The position numbers were made by a program, and so were the translations under genes. From Camelus dromedarius (Eukaryota), in assembly GCF_036321535.1 (NCBI RefSeq), contig NC_087436.1, positions 33,296,001 to 33,360,000 of the forward strand: a stretch of DNA of 64,000 bases. Direction: 5' to 3'. Within the stretch, counting starts at the first letter, position 1; each line of letters begins with the position of its first letter. Below, piece after piece: positions 1 through 13,785 of the stretch. Below the pieces are notes generated by a model. That model searched no databases. It was given only the letters and a program-made list of their open reading frames with translations, and was not told the DNA's origin.

Positions 1-639
1 CAAAATTTTATATATGTTGTGAAGGCATATATAGTGTTGAATGAGTAGAACATGCTTTCTAGGCAGTAGGGAAAATAAGAGTAACAGAGTCTTAACAGTT
101 GGATGTAGATCACTTTCAGGATGCAACAAGTAGTGGAGAGAAACTGAGATGTAGCTTATGGTAAAGAAGAATAGAGACTGATACAAGGATTTTAAATGTT
201 TCAAATCATGTATATTTGAAAGTTTGAGGGAAAACCAAATAGACTCTTGAGGGCAAATTTAGCAAATATAAAGGAAAAGATGGTTGAGGCACAAATATTA
301 GGTTCAGAAAACTACATAAGGGTAAGCAGAAACAGGTGGATCTCAGTATGCTATGGTAGTGACCCAGTCTATCCATGAATTCAAGTCTGGCTGGTTCTAA
401 GCTAGGAGCTCAGTACAACAGCACTTTCTTAAAAGATGTCAGGAGCATCACTGGTGCTACTTTAATTGGAGAGGGGGGATCCCCAGACTTTGGCAATGGT
501 ATAAGATGGTGCTGAGACAGAGTCATCAGTTCTCTCAAACTTGGGCTTTGGAAGGTTGTTATGTGAGCTAGAATATCTTCAGAATGATTAGGGATGAAGC
601 TAAGGAAATGCTGTTTTCAATTTTTATTGTGAAGTAACA

Positions 640-2460
640 TAGAGGTGTGGCCAAGGTGGCAGAGTGGGAAGACCCTGAGCTCATCTCCTCCCATGGGCGC
701 ACCAAAATTACAGCTAATTACAGCGTACTTATCTGTGAGAATGACCAGAAGACTAGAAGGAAATATCTTCTCCAGATAAAGATATAAAGAAGGAACCACA
801 ATAAGCTGGGTAGGAGGGACAGAGATGTGGTACAGTCAAGACCTACACCCCCGGATAGGCTACCCACAAACAGGAGGATAACCACAATTGCAGAGGTCTT
901 CCCCAAGGAGCAAAGAGTCCACGTCCCAAATCAGGCCTCCTAGCTTGGAATGCTGCACTGGGAAGATGAGTCCCTAGAACATCTGGTCTTGAGGCCAGGA
1001 GGGCTTACTTTCGGGAGAGCAAGAAGGCTGCAAGAAATAGACCTGGCTTTTAATAGATGTGTGCAAAATCTCGCACACTCCACGTCTGAAAGCCAAGGCA
1101 GTAATTTGAAAAGAACCTGGGTCAGACCCACTTGCTAATCTTGGAAAGCCTCCCAGAGAGGCAGAAGGCAAGTAGGACTCCCCCTGGAGACACAGATGCC
1201 AGTGGCAGTCATTCTGGGGGAGCTTGTCCTACCATTAGGACAATGATGATGGCAAGCACCAATTTGGAGTCTTTATTCCAGCGTATTGGCGCTGGGAGGC
1301 TTACCTATCCAACAGTAGACAAGCGCCATGCCTAGGCACACCTGGGCCCCACAACCAGCCACCCTGGGACTTGGCCTTGCTCACCAGTGGGCTAGAACCA
1401 GCCCTTGCCCCCTCAACACCCACAGCCAGCTGTGCTAGGACCTGGTTCCACCCCTCAGTGGGCCAGCACTAGCCCCAGTTTCCCAGGCTGTGCAGCCAGC
1501 TGACTTGGGACCCAGTCCCACCTACCACTGGACCTGTATTGGCCCGGGGGTCCCTCGCCCCCTGCAACCAGCAGCCCTGGGAATTGGCCCCACCCATCAG
1601 CTCTCTCAAGACATGTATTCTTTGCAAATGGTACAAAAAGATATCTGCGGTAGCTATACTTAGACAAAGAATACTTTAAAACAAAGACTGTAACAAGAGA
1701 CAAAGAAAGACACCCCATAATGATAAAGGGATTAATCCAACAATAAGAGGTAACAATTGTAAATATATATACACCTAACATAGGAGCACATAAATATGTA
1801 CAGCAGATGTTAACAAGCATAAAGGAAAAAACTGACAACAAAACAATACTAGTAAGGGACTTTAACACCCCACTTACATCAGTGGACAGATCATCCAGAC
1901 AGAAAATCTATTAGAAAATATTGGTCTTAAAAATGACACTTTAGGACCTTAATAGATATATATAGAACCTTCCATCCAAAAGCAACAGAATACACATTGT
2001 TTTCAAGTACATGTTGAACATTATTCAGGATAGATCGCGTGCCAGACCACAAAAAAGTCTTGATAAACTTAAGAATAAGGCTGAAATTACATTAAGCATC
2101 TTCTCTGAGCACAAAGGTCTGACTAGAAATAAACTGCAAGGAAGAAAACTGCAAAAACCACAAACGTGGAGGTGAAACAATGTGCTAAAAAAACCACTAA
2201 TGAAATCAAAGAAGAAATGAGAAAAAAACACCTGGAGACAAATTAAAATGTAAACACACAATGCAAATCTTTGAGATGCAGCAAAAGCACATGCAAAAGC
2301 AATACAGGATACAAGAAAAATCTCAAATAAACAACCTAAAATTACACCTAGTGGCACTAGAAAAAGAAGGAACAAAACTCAAAGTTAATAGAAGGAAAGA
2401 AATAATAAAGATCAGAGAAGAAACAAATGAAATAGAGACTAAAGCTACAATAGAAATGAT
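640..2460 (+). mobile_element. LINE-1 fragment: 5' UTR (~640-1605) joined directly to the ORF2 endonuclease region (~1610-2460); ORF1 and 3' end absent
   Basis: Starts with an L1 5'-type sequence (aaggtggcagagtgggaagaccctgagctcatctcctcccatggg) followed by cagcc-rich UTR repeats. Degenerate ORF2 motifs follow (FKTKTVTRDKE, IYTPNIGAHKY, DFNTPLTS, SQINNLKLHL...KEIIKIREETNEIE) with frameshifts. Confidence 0.9.
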
Positions 2461-2769
2461 GATAGATTCTGAAATTGTAGCAGATTTTTTTTAACTAAAC
2501 TCATATGTTATGACTCATGTTTCAACTTGACTTCACCATTTAAAATTAGCTATTAAACATCAATTATGTACCAGGTAACTTGGTAGGCCTTAAGTATAGA
2601 GAAATTAAACACTGAGATTTCTGTTTTCAAAAACTTATATATTGTTTGAGAGGATTTTCTTTTTTTGAGAGTTTTCTTTCACTTTTTTTTCTGAAAAGAT
2701 GGAAATAAAAAAAGACAGGACAGGAGCACTAAATGAAAGAAGGAAGAAGTATGGAACTCATAACCTACT

Positions 2770-3270
2770 GTCTAGTCTCCCTGTTTCTCCTCTTGCTCCC
2801 CTTCTAATATTCTCCACATAGAAGGATCTTTGTAAAATTTAGGTCATGCCAGTCTGCTACATAAAGCACTCAGATGACTCCTTGTATGACTTAAAGAATG
2901 AAAGCCCAGCTCCTCGCTTTGTATAGCTTGTCTCGTAAACTTACTCTCTGAGCTTCAGAGGTGTTGGTCTCTTTGTCGCGTCAACCTGTCTTGTCTAGCA
3001 CCATTGCACCAGCTATTCCTTTGACCTGAGAAACTCCTTGCTTGGATATTTTCACGGCCGTCTCCTTCTTCAGGTCTGTCACCTCTCCACAGAGTGTTCT
3101 CGTGACCTTCAGATGTGAAGTCAGTTTCCAGAATATTGTCATATCCTGTTTTCTTCATGTGAATTCTTACTACCAGAGGTTAATTATGTATATTTATTTG
3201 TTATCTGTTTTATTAATCAGGACATAAGTTTCTTGTTTGTTTTATTTACTACTGAATTGTCACAGCCTTA
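2770..3270 (+). mobile_element. LINE-2 3' remnant
   Basis: Pyrimidine-rich L2-type sequence (tagtctccctgtttctcctcttgctccccttc...ggtcatgccagtctgct); boundaries approximate. Confidence 0.55.
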
Positions 3271-3609
3271 GAAATAAGCTCTTATCTAAGATTTTCATCA
3301 AAAACCCTCATGAATATCTCCAAAGAGAACAGGCTCTAGTAAAAAATGTCCAAAAAAAAAAAAATCATCCAGTAGACTTCCCCCAAAAGTTGTACAAATA
3401 CACATTTCATTTCTTTGGAAAACAAATAAAAATAAACAATTAAAAAATAAATATAGTGTGACCACAAAGAACCAACGTTAAATACTAAATTCATTAAGGG
3501 GCAAGAAACAATTTTAAGTAAATTTATTGGTTTCTACAAGTGAAAATTCCAGCAATAAGACAAACCAAAAGCATGGCTAATTCCATGTACTCTAAGAACA
3601 TTCTGAAAA

Positions 3610-3990
3610 TTTAGTCTCCGTATATTTATATCCCTAGTCTACTTTTGTTATGTTGGCTTGATTTTCAGACAGAATTTCTCCCCATGTTGGCTACAGTTAC
3701 CTCAAGGTTTATTGTCCTATAAAGTAGTAACCTCAGCAGAAAGAGAACATTTCTTTTCTCTAAAATTTCCAGGAAAAAAAAAATCTAGGATTAGGTATCA
3801 TTGAACTGGCTTGAACCCTGTGCTCATTCCTGACTTAAATACTATAGAATAATCTGACCAAATCCTTAAAACCATATGAATGGGTGAGATTATCTAGAAC
3901 AATATGGAATGAGAATGGGATAAATTGTTTCTCAAAGAAAGCAGGAGTGTTGTCATTTGTGCAAAGAGAGTCAAGTAGTCAAAAAACAAA
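3610..3990 (-). mobile_element. Old MaLR (MLT1-type) LTR remnant
   Basis: Recalled similarity to MLT1J/K/L-like consensus (tgttggcttgattttcagacag...cagcagaaagagaacatttctttt); highly decayed. Confidence 0.4.
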
Positions 3991-4781
3991 ATACTCACAG
4001 CAAAAACAAAGCATGTGTTTTAATGTACTCATTACACAAAAACAATAGAAATTATAATATTGGACTAGACTAATATGCAGCAGGAAGTAGAGTAGGAGAG
4101 ACAAAACCACCACACTTTATTTCAGACAAAGCAAAATACATATTTTATCATTAATGTTCATTAGATTGATGTGAATTTAGGAACTATTTGAAAATTTTTT
4201 AAATCGTTGACAACAAAATTTACAAAATTAATGGCTATCTTCCAAACTAATGGCACATGATCTACATAAAATGTTAGATTCTATTAAATCTTAGCTGGAC
4301 AATGTTGGTTTTGATGTTATAGTACTTTTACTTTATATTATTGTAATATTGGCATGAAAACCATATATTATCAAGCAATAGAAGCAAAGAGAAATTTTTA
4401 ATCCTGTGATAGGAGTATACAAATTCTATAGCTTCTTTTTGGTACTGGTGTCTGATGCAGGTCATACTTGACATGAAAACTTGAGTCTATAAATACTGTC
4501 TACTTGCCCAGAGCACATCTCAGAAAAAAATGTAGAGCGTACCTAGAGGGGGAAGATCTGCCAGAACTCCATTCCTGGAAAGCAGATGAGGCCAAGGTTT
4601 CAGAGACAGTTCAAAATGGCAGGGCGGGGGAGCAGAACCCCTTATAAAAAATGTTGCCAGCAATCTTTGTACTTACAATAAACTCAAAATAATTGCAAGC
4701 AGAGAGTTTTACTTTTTTTGCATTAGCATTTAAAACTTTCTTATACAAAAGTTTCCTTTCAATTGTTAGATGATTAGCTAG

Positions 4782-5242
4782 TGTCAGGGGTCGAATGGTG
4801 TTCCCTCAGAATTCACATGTCAAAGTTCTAACCTCCAGTAACTCAACATGTGACCTTTTAAAATCTTTTTTTAATATATTTTTATTAAAATATAAAATGT
4901 GACATTATTTGGAGAAAATGTCTTTAAAGAGGTAATGAAGCTAAAGTGAGGTCATTAGGATGAGCCTTATTCCAATATGACTGGTGCCCTCATAAAGGCG
5001 GGAATTTGGACACACAGATCTCACAGAGGGAATATGTGAAGAGGCACAGAAAGAAGATAGTCTATAAGCCAAGGAGAGAGGCCTGGAAGAGATCCTTCCC
5101 TCAGAGCCTTCAGAAGAAACCAACCTTGATAACACCTTGGTTTTGGACTTCTACTCTCCAAAACTGTCAGATGGTAAATTTCTGTTTATTAAGCCACTCA
5201 GTCTGTGGCACTTTGTCATGGCAGTCCTAGCACACTAATGTC
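4782..5242 (+). mobile_element. MaLR solo LTR (MLT1B/C-like)
   Basis: Typical MLT1 blocks: gaatggtgttccctcagaattcacatgtc, gtgaggtcattaggatgagcc, agccaaggagagaggcctgg, aagccactcagtctgtggcactttgtcatggcag. A short AT-rich insert at ~4856-4897 is flanked by a repeated atgtgac. Confidence 0.85.
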
Positions 5243-7346
5243 ATTTTTGAATTGGGTAGAATACGAAATAGTATAGACAGATAAGAGAAAGTAAATAAGG
5301 CTAATGAAAGAAGGAATCTAAGTCAGAAGAAGAACATGGCCCTCAGTGACCAGTAATTTTTCTTCAAAACTTAGTTAGAAATTGATATCAGAACTACATT
5401 CTGTACTATTATCTACTATCTAAAATTTGCATTTGGTAGTGGTCTGGTAAATCACACGTAATTCACATTATGATCCTTACAAGTGTTGAATTAAATGAGC
5501 ACCTTTAGTAGAGGTGGGTTGAAAAATATTTGTTCCTTGTGAAATACAGCATTTTGTTGTATTTGGGGATACAAAGACAAACACCGTCTGTGATACCCTG
5601 ATTTTAGTGTTGCTACCAACACATACGTTAAGTGAGTCGACTAGGCTGGCACCAGTCTTCAAGGAACAATGCATGGAAAGAGCTTAGTACCTACCCAGTG
5701 CACTCCTGCATGTATTCTCACTTCATGTCTCCTTTGAATACTAGGCCACTACAAGTAGTTGCACAAAAGGCAGTTTAAATGGAAAGTTTTTTCTTTTAGT
5801 CACAGCCTCTGAAATTTAGTGTAAAAAATATAAAATAAAATAGAGATCCTAGTTTTTCACTTTGAGTTTACTAGATAATTACTAACTCTTAATCACAGGC
5901 TAAGAGTATAATGTAGCCCAGTGTTTGAGTTGTACAAAGGAAGAACTAGCAATTGAGTGTTTACTTACCATTATCTTTCATATAAATGCTTTTTTAGTGT
6001 AAGAAGATAAGCAAACTTTTGAGACATAACAATTTCTTTGATTGCCCTTTGTTACACAAGGATTTGGTACAGGTTTAAAGACAGCATGCTAATTTGGATA
6101 AATATAAAAATCTCTGCGCCATTTATCTTATTTTGTCGATGTTGCATTCTTTTTCTAAAAATTAATGTTTTTCAGGTTTTAATTCTCATGGGCTCATTAT
6201 TTTAAAAAGAAAATCAATTGTTCCAAATTAATTTTCATGCAATTTACTACAGTAAGGAACGAATCAACCTGAAAAACCATTAGCATATATGTTTATTCTT
6301 TTTTAACTGGAAAACAAAATTAAACCATTTTATGTAATTTTGAAATTTTGAAAGAGGCAGCAAGCCGCTTTTAATTTTACTTTTTACAAGTTTACGAATT
6401 TGAAAATAGGTAATACACACTAATTTTTTGATTAAGTGCTTAACTGTACCGTATATATTATGAAAAGTCAGAGTAGAATGTGTAAAACATTAACTGAGTT
6501 TTCAGGATTATCTGTTAATGAGGTCTGCTTAAGTAGTCTTCTTTTCTAAGATGTTTACATTTGTAAGTCATTATTTTTTAATTAAACTAGATCAGGCACA
6601 TCTGTGTCCACAGTGTGCCAAAAGTCCCTATTTCATACCTCAGTGTTTGTACTGCTAAGTGAAAAAAGTGAACAGCACAATTTTGTCCTCAAAACAAAAT
6701 ACCAATTAATCTGGAAAGCATTACTGATGAACTATAGCCTGGTTTCTATAGTTAGTTTTGAAATAAAGCATGCTTTATCTTTTCACAGTGTTTTAATGTT
6801 GAAAACTACCAAAGAATGTTTAACAGGAATAAAAATCATTCTGTGAGCGCTTAATTTTTTATCAAATCCATTTACCTGTACTCATATTATTAGCATTGTT
6901 GTTCCACCACCTAGAGTTTGTTACAGTTCAAAGACAAATGTAAGTTTTCAGCTTACAGAAGAGGACTGTGATGTACATCAGGTTTATTTAAGGAAAAATT
7001 CCCAGAGCCAAAAAATAAGTGCTAAAAAAACCACTCTGTGCCTTGTAAATAAAACTACATGAATTTTACCAAATAAGGGAAAGCAACACTGTAACGCTAC
7101 TTAACAGATTAAAATCTCTAATCCTTTTTATTAGTTTCTGGTACTTTCTACTTATCTTTTTCTGGTTCAGAGTCCATCTAACCTGTGCTACTAAGACATT
7201 AGAATAACTAAAATATAAAATTTGGTAATTGGAAAATAACATTATGCAGAGTTTTGTTGATATTTATCCTCGTCCATTCATTTTTTTCACTGACTGAAAC
7301 ATTAAGTTACATTTGGCAACATTTATGAATAGTTGTTTTCAATCGT

Positions 7347-8274
7347 CTTTTTTTACATTTTTTTTATTGAAGTATAGCTTATTTACAACATTGTGTTAGT
7401 TCCTGGTGTATTGCATAGTGATTCAGTTATACATATACATATATTCTTTTTCATTATAGGTTATGACAAGATATTGAATGTAGTTCCCTCTGCTATACAG
7501 TAGGACCTAGTTTTCTGTTTTATGTATAGGAGTTTGTATCTGCTAATCCTAAACTCGTAATTTATCCCTCCCCTACTAGTTTCCCTTCGGTAACCATAAA
7601 TTTGTTTTCTATGTCAGTGAGTCTCTTTCTATTTTGTCAATAGGATATTTGTATCATTTTTTTAGATTCCACATATAAGTGGTATCATGTGATATTTGTC
7701 TTTCTGTTTGATTTACTTCATTTAGTATGGTAATTTCTAGATCCATCCCTGTTGCTGCATGTGGCATTATTTCATTCATTTTTGGGGCTGAGTAGTATTC
7801 CTTTACACACACGCACACATCACACCTTCTTTATCCATTTGTCTTTCAGTGGACATTTAGGTTGCTTCCATGCCTTGGCTATTGTAAATAGTGCTGCTAT
7901 GAACATCGGGGTGCATGTATGTTTTTGCATTAGAGTTTTCTCTAGGTACATGCCCAGGAGTGGGATTGCTGATTCATATGGTAACTCTATTTTTAGTTTT
8001 ATAGGGCATCTCCATACTGTTTCCATAATGGCTGTACCAATTTACATTCCCACCAACAGTGCAGGAGAGTTCCTTTTTCTCCATACCCTCTCCAGCATTT
8101 ATTGTTTGTGGGCTTTTAATGATGGCCATTCTGGCCAGTCTGAGGTGATACCTCATTGTAGTTTTGATTTGAATTTCTCTAATAATTAGCAATATTGAGC
8201 ATCTTTTCATGTGCCTGTTGGCCATCTGGATTTCTTCATTGGAGAAATGTCTGTTTAGGTCTTCTGCCCATTTT
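7347..8274 (-). mobile_element. 5'-truncated LINE-1 (ORF2 C-terminus, 3' UTR and A-tail)
   Basis: Minus-strand ORFs match the L1 ORF2 C-terminus ([45 protein letters not shown]). The T-tract at ~7347-7366 is the poly(A) tail. Confidence 0.95.
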
Positions 8275-8689
8275 GGGGGAATATCATCATATTTTGGGGC
8301 AAATCATATTTTTTAAGAAGGAATTTCTTCCACATATTATTGTCATTGTTGTTTTTCTCTTTAAATTATTTCTCATGGAATCATTAGATAAGTTTGGTTT
8401 TTTAAATGTCTTTGTTATTTTCTCCCTACAAAATTAAAAGCTGGGAACTGTGCACTTTTAATTATTGACATTAAATAAAGTATTTTGTTGTGTTTTACAC
8501 AGTTTATACAAGACATCTGTTGAATTCTATATATCCAGATTCCTTTATGATTAAATATTTATTTGACCAAAAACATAAAATCAGACAAAATTGTTCTAGA
8601 GCATTTCTATTGCTAAGTGTGTAAATACAGTCAGATAGTTTAAAGAATACTTGATCTTGTCATAGCAAAGTCTGAATACATCTTGAAAT

Positions 8690-8920
8690 AGAGTTCAAAG
8701 CAAAAGCTGTAAAGTTAGACTGCCTGGGTTCAAGGCCAGACACTAAAAATTTCTGCCTTTGTAAACATGAGTGAAATACCTAATCTTTCTAACCCTCAGT
8801 TTTCTCATGTAGAATATGGGAAAAATAACAGTACTAAACTCATGGTTCATTGTGAGGACAAATTGTGATGCCTGCAGCATGACCAGCATGGTCCTGACAA
8901 GTTGTGAGCGTTCAATACAT
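8690..8920 (+). mobile_element. MIR SINE
   Basis: agactgcctgggttcaag...ctcagttttctcatgtagaatatggg...ttgtgaggacaaatt MIR core. Confidence 0.7.
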
Positions 8921-10147
8921 GATTTTACTTTTAAGTTTATTTGATGTTTTATTTAAATTATGATTCAATTCATACCATCCTGATAGATTGATTTAAAACA
9001 CATCATCTACTGAGTTTTACTCACTCAATAGTTGTAAATATTTATTACTTCCTGCCCCCATTGTTGCATGCATTTTTACGTAACAATCAAAATGTAGAGA
9101 TAGTTTTTCTATTTTGGACAATACTGGGCTTCTTTCGTTTGGGTAGCCTAGAATTTTTCTCAGTAAATATTGGAGATTTTAATGGATGCATAGGCTTACT
9201 GTCATGAAAACATCAAGTTAACCTTCAACATGAATGAAAATTTTAGAAGAAATATTCTACTGTAGAGCATTTATTTTGTACAACAGCACTCTTTCTTAAA
9301 AGTTGAGTTAATATAGTTTGCCTTTTTTTCCAAGTTAAATATATAAAATTTTAGAGCCATAATTTCACTTTTCATTCACACTTCCTTCCATGATGGTTTC
9401 ATTATATTTCATTCTCATGTTAAATGAATCAGTGTATTAAATTAACTAGTACATTTATAGCATTTTTTGTCACAATGATTCTGGATATTCCACATTCAGC
9501 AATATAAATTAAGTAATTAAGAAAGCATTTTTCATTTTAAATTCAAGCATTTGTTTCATTTAGCAAACCATGTTTTACAAATTTCTTTTTATCATATATC
9601 AGAAAAGAATGAATTACGAGATCTGAACAATTTTATGCCATCTTTAAAAGAAATTTTACATGTTATAGAAATTTAGTAGAATATAGGGATACACAGCATT
9701 CACAATTATAATTATATCACAATTATAGCTGCTTCTTATTATATAGGAGTTAAACATTCTTTGCAAATCATTATATTTCTACAAGTATCATTTTTCTGGG
9801 AGGAAAGTTGTATGTTTTGGCATATTTCCTTGACATTTATAGAAAGTTTGTTTTAAGAGCCTTCTGTACATCAACTGTCTCTCATCACTGTCCCAGTTCA
9901 GTGATGTCTTCAGTGTTAATGTCTGATCCTTCTCTGTTTAATACCTCCATTTCTAATTAAGCCCAAATGACTGAGTGGAAGTTAAGCAAAATTGAAGGTT
10001 GTTAGCTTTAATTGAGACAGATAGGTAACTTTATTTTGAGAAGTTATAGTCCCTAACATAGATATGATACATTTATGAGATGTACTATGCTACATCAAAA
10101 ATATACATGCAAAACCAGTTACAGGGACTTGTCTATACCTGGAGTAA

Positions 10148-10310
10148 TGTGTGTATATGTGTGTTTGGGTGTATGTGTGTGTGTGTGAGAAACGGTATAT
10201 ATGTAACATTGCATACATATGTTTATATGTATGTTATATATAAACATGTTATATATATTTAAAATAAATAACATTTTACTATATGAACATATTATATATG
10301 TTATATATAA
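10148..10310. repeat. Imperfect (TG)n followed by (TA)-rich low-complexity tract
   Basis: Directly visible. Confidence 0.85.
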
Positions 10311-10589
10311 ACACCTTGGTTTATTTATAATATCCTATAAGTATGCATTTCTCATTTTTAAAAACAAGAACAAAGAGTAATTCTTTAATTACTCTATGTT
10401 AATCCAAAAGCCTACATCCTGCTTAAAGGCAAACTATTGGAAGAACTTTAATGAAGAAATAGGTGTGTCTTCTGTCACCATCAGAATTTGACAGTGGACT
10501 ACAGGTGACATAACATACAGAGTTTTACTTTTCATTCTCTAGCACATTGTATAACATGTTTTGACATAAATCAAAATGATTTATTGATT

Positions 10590-10805
10590 TTTAAGTAAAC
10601 TTTTTACTAAGGTAAAACAAACGCAAAATGTGCACAAATCCAAGTGTCCAGAATGATACATTCTATTAGAATACACCCATGATGTCAGCACTGTGTTCGA
10701 GTCCTCAGAAGTCTCTGAAATCTCCCCAATGTTCTCTTTCAGGTACTACTCACCCCAAAGTTTATATGCTATTCTCATTTTTAACAGTATATATTAGTTT
10801 TGCCA
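10590..10805 (-). mobile_element. Old L1 (L1ME-like) 3' end fragment
   Basis: aaatgtgcacaaatccaagtgtccagaatgatacatt...cacccatg resembles the reverse complement of an L1ME 3' end. Confidence 0.5.
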
Positions 10806-12604
10806 AAAGCAGCTATTGATTTAACTACACTTACTTATTATGATAAGTTATGCTTTAATAATAAAGCAAATTCTTCATCCAAACCACTAAGATTGTGCAA
10901 GTAGCAAACAAATAAGCAAAGACTGGGTTATAAAAGTAGGAAACAGTACTAAATAAGCTAAATATTCTTATCATATATAACTGGCAAAACTCTTAACTGG
11001 CCTCACTTATGATAATAGAACCTCAGACCTGGGAATCTGGCTGCTTTGCCCTGTTTGAAGCATTGTCCTCGATCCACTTTGACGCTGGTCATTGGGACTT
11101 TGAAATAAGGAACTCAAGTGCGCTTAGCTTCAGATAGAGAGGATAGTCTTGGGAGAATTGTGAAATCTAAATGGTAGCAGCAATTGTTAAAATCCTTTTT
11201 GTCTGCTTTTTGCCTTTCTAAATACAACATTCACCTTCACTTTCTCCCAAGGAACATGAATAGCCCTGTATAGGGATTGGTAAATGAGCCATGGAGAATG
11301 AGGATGGAATCAAATTGAGTGAAATAATTTCAGCTGCTGGGAACTCCTAATAAGGCATGTAAACAAGAAGGGGTTTGTTGTGTGTGAAGGCTCTCTCAGA
11401 GGTGCGTGAACTCTTATCTCTTCATGCTGGCTGCATTTGGAGCGGCTCATGTTTAATTTAAAGCAGTCTCCTGATGGTTCCGTTCAATTTGAAACTGTGC
11501 TCAGCCCATTATTTTATTATTTTTAGCTTAGAATAAAAGCAAACATTTTGAAAGGCCAGTCCTTTCAAGTTGGTGGGTAGCATAGGACACTCCATATCAG
11601 TTTTCAAAGTATCACTACAGCATTTGGATATGTGGCTAAAGGGCCAGAGGGATTGCATGTGATGCATTTTATTTGTGTCAGAGGTTAAAAAACAGGAGTA
11701 GAGGAATCATGCCTAAAACTTTTATAAAGCAAGTAGCTTAGCTTGTTAACTGGTCCAAGTCTTCCCTTTCTCCCCCCCGCCCCCCCCCCCCCGATCCCTG
11801 GTCTCTTACAGTGCCATTGTCCATGTACCCTTTCTTCTGTTTGTTAGAAAAATAAATAAAAATAGACCTTTGATTTTTACCTACTAAGGCTCACTTCTAG
11901 GGGTGATATTTCATTCCTCACTATAATTTTTGTAGTATTTTCTCCAAAGCCCCATTTTGAGGCCTGAGATGCTTAGGGCACTGCTGTTTTATGTATGATT
12001 AACAGAAGAACATTTTAATTAAATAAGCTATTGTGAGAGTAACTGTTTTAAAATAAGTAAAGAATGTAAATAAAAATCTGCTGTGTCCATGATTAAAATG
12101 TTTATGATTATATTTCAACAGTTCATGTACCAATCAACATAACTATTGTAAAAAAAAAACCCCAGAACTTGTCAATAAAGTCCCTTTTTTCTACAATTAA
12201 ATGAACACATAAGGATTCCTAGGAGAGTGTACTACTTTTAATGCCCTTCCAATTAAAATTATACATTCCTTCAGAACAAACTAATATACTGTTTTTAGTA
12301 ATTTTAAACATGATGGAATTTAGCCCCAGTTTTCCTGTACTCCAAACACAGACTTAACTATTGCAAACATCTGACAAAACTAAGTTTAATGTTCACTTTA
12401 CTTTTTATTATCCCCACTCTGCCTTGGACTTTGCTAAATGCTAAGAAAGAAGCAGGGGGAAAAACCCTAATCAGATAGTTTCAATTAGTCAAATCAAATG
12501 TATAAAAGAAGTAAATACATATATCAATGTCAATATAAACTGAATAAGACAAATTGAAGTGATTCTATCTCTGGTTGACTAATTTGTTTTGTTTTGTTTT
12601 TTAT

Positions 12605-12711
12605 ACAAGCATATGGCTTTTTATTGTGTTTTGAAGATATTGTGTTTTTTACAAATTGAACGTTTGTGGCCATCATGTATTGTCAGATGATAGCATTTTT
12701 TAGCAATAAAT
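12605..12711 (+). mobile_element. Tigger1-derived MITE fragment (TcMar-Tigger), cut off by the adjacent L1
   Basis: ttttattgtg...gatattgtgttttttacaaattgaacgtttgtggc...tcagatgatagcattttttagcaataaa joins Tigger1 5' and 3' segments, as in internally deleted Tigger1 MITEs. Confidence 0.7.
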
Positions 12712-13785
12712 TTTTTGTTTTTTATCAAAGTATACTCAGTGTACAATATGTCAACTTCTGGTGTACATCATAAAATGTTTCAATCATACACATACATACA
12801 TATATTCATTTTCATATTCTTTTTCATTATAGGTTACTACAAGATATTGAATATAGTTCTCTATGCTATACAGAAGAAATGTGTTTATCTATTTTGTGTA
12901 TAGTAGCTAATATTTGCAAATCTCGAGCTCCCAATTTGTCCCTTTCCCCCCAGTAACCATAAGTTTACTATGTCTGTGAGTCTGTTTCTGTTTTGTGGAT
13001 AAGGTCATTAGTGTCTACTTTTTTCTTTTTTTTTTAGATTCTACATATGAGTGGTATCATATGGTATTTTTCTTTCTCTGTCTGGCTTACTTCACTTGAC
13101 AGTCTCTAGGTCCATGCAAATGTTGTTGCAAATGCATTATTTTATTCCTTTTTATGGCTGAGTAGTATTCAGTAGTATTTATTGCATAAATATACCACAG
13201 CTTCTTTATCCAGTCTTCTGTTGATGGACATTTAGGTTGCTTCCGTATCTTGGCTATTGTATATAGTGCTGCTATGAACACTGGGGCACATGTATCTTTT
13301 AAAATTAGAGTGTCCTCTGGATATATGCCCAGGAGTTGCTGGATCCTATGGTTTTAACTCTGTTTTTAGTTTTTTGAGGAATCTCTGTACTGTTTTCCAT
13401 AGTGGCTGCACCAAACTACATTTCCACCAGCAGTGCTGGAGGGTTCCATTTTCTCCACACCCTCACCAGCATTTATCATTTGTGGACTTTTGAATGATGG
13501 CCATTCTGACCAGTGTGAGGTGATACCTCATTGTAGTTTTGATTTGCATTTCTCTGATAATTAGTTATATTGAGCATTTTTTCATGTGCCTATTGGCCAT
13601 TTGTATGTCTTCACTGGAGAATTACTTGTTTAGATCTTCTGCCTATTTTTGGATTGGGTTGTTTGTTTTTTGTTGTTGTCGTCATTAAGTTGTGTGAGCT
13701 GTTTATATTTTCTAGAAATTGAGCCTTTTTCAGTTGCATCATTTGCAAATATTTTCTCCCATTCCATAGGTTGTTTTGTTTTGAT
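12712..13785 (-). mobile_element. 5'-truncated LINE-1 (ORF2 C-terminus and 3' UTR)
   Basis: Minus-strand ORFs [19 protein letters not shown] and QPMEWEKIFANDATEKG; T-rich tail at ~12711-12724. Confidence 0.95.

Noticed and set aside
1455..2494. ORFs of 77-137 aa on both strands
   Set aside because: Sense fragments and antisense shadows of the decayed L1 ORF2.
7752..8437. 145-aa plus-strand ORF and neighbours
   Set aside because: Antisense reading of the L1 3' region, not a host gene.
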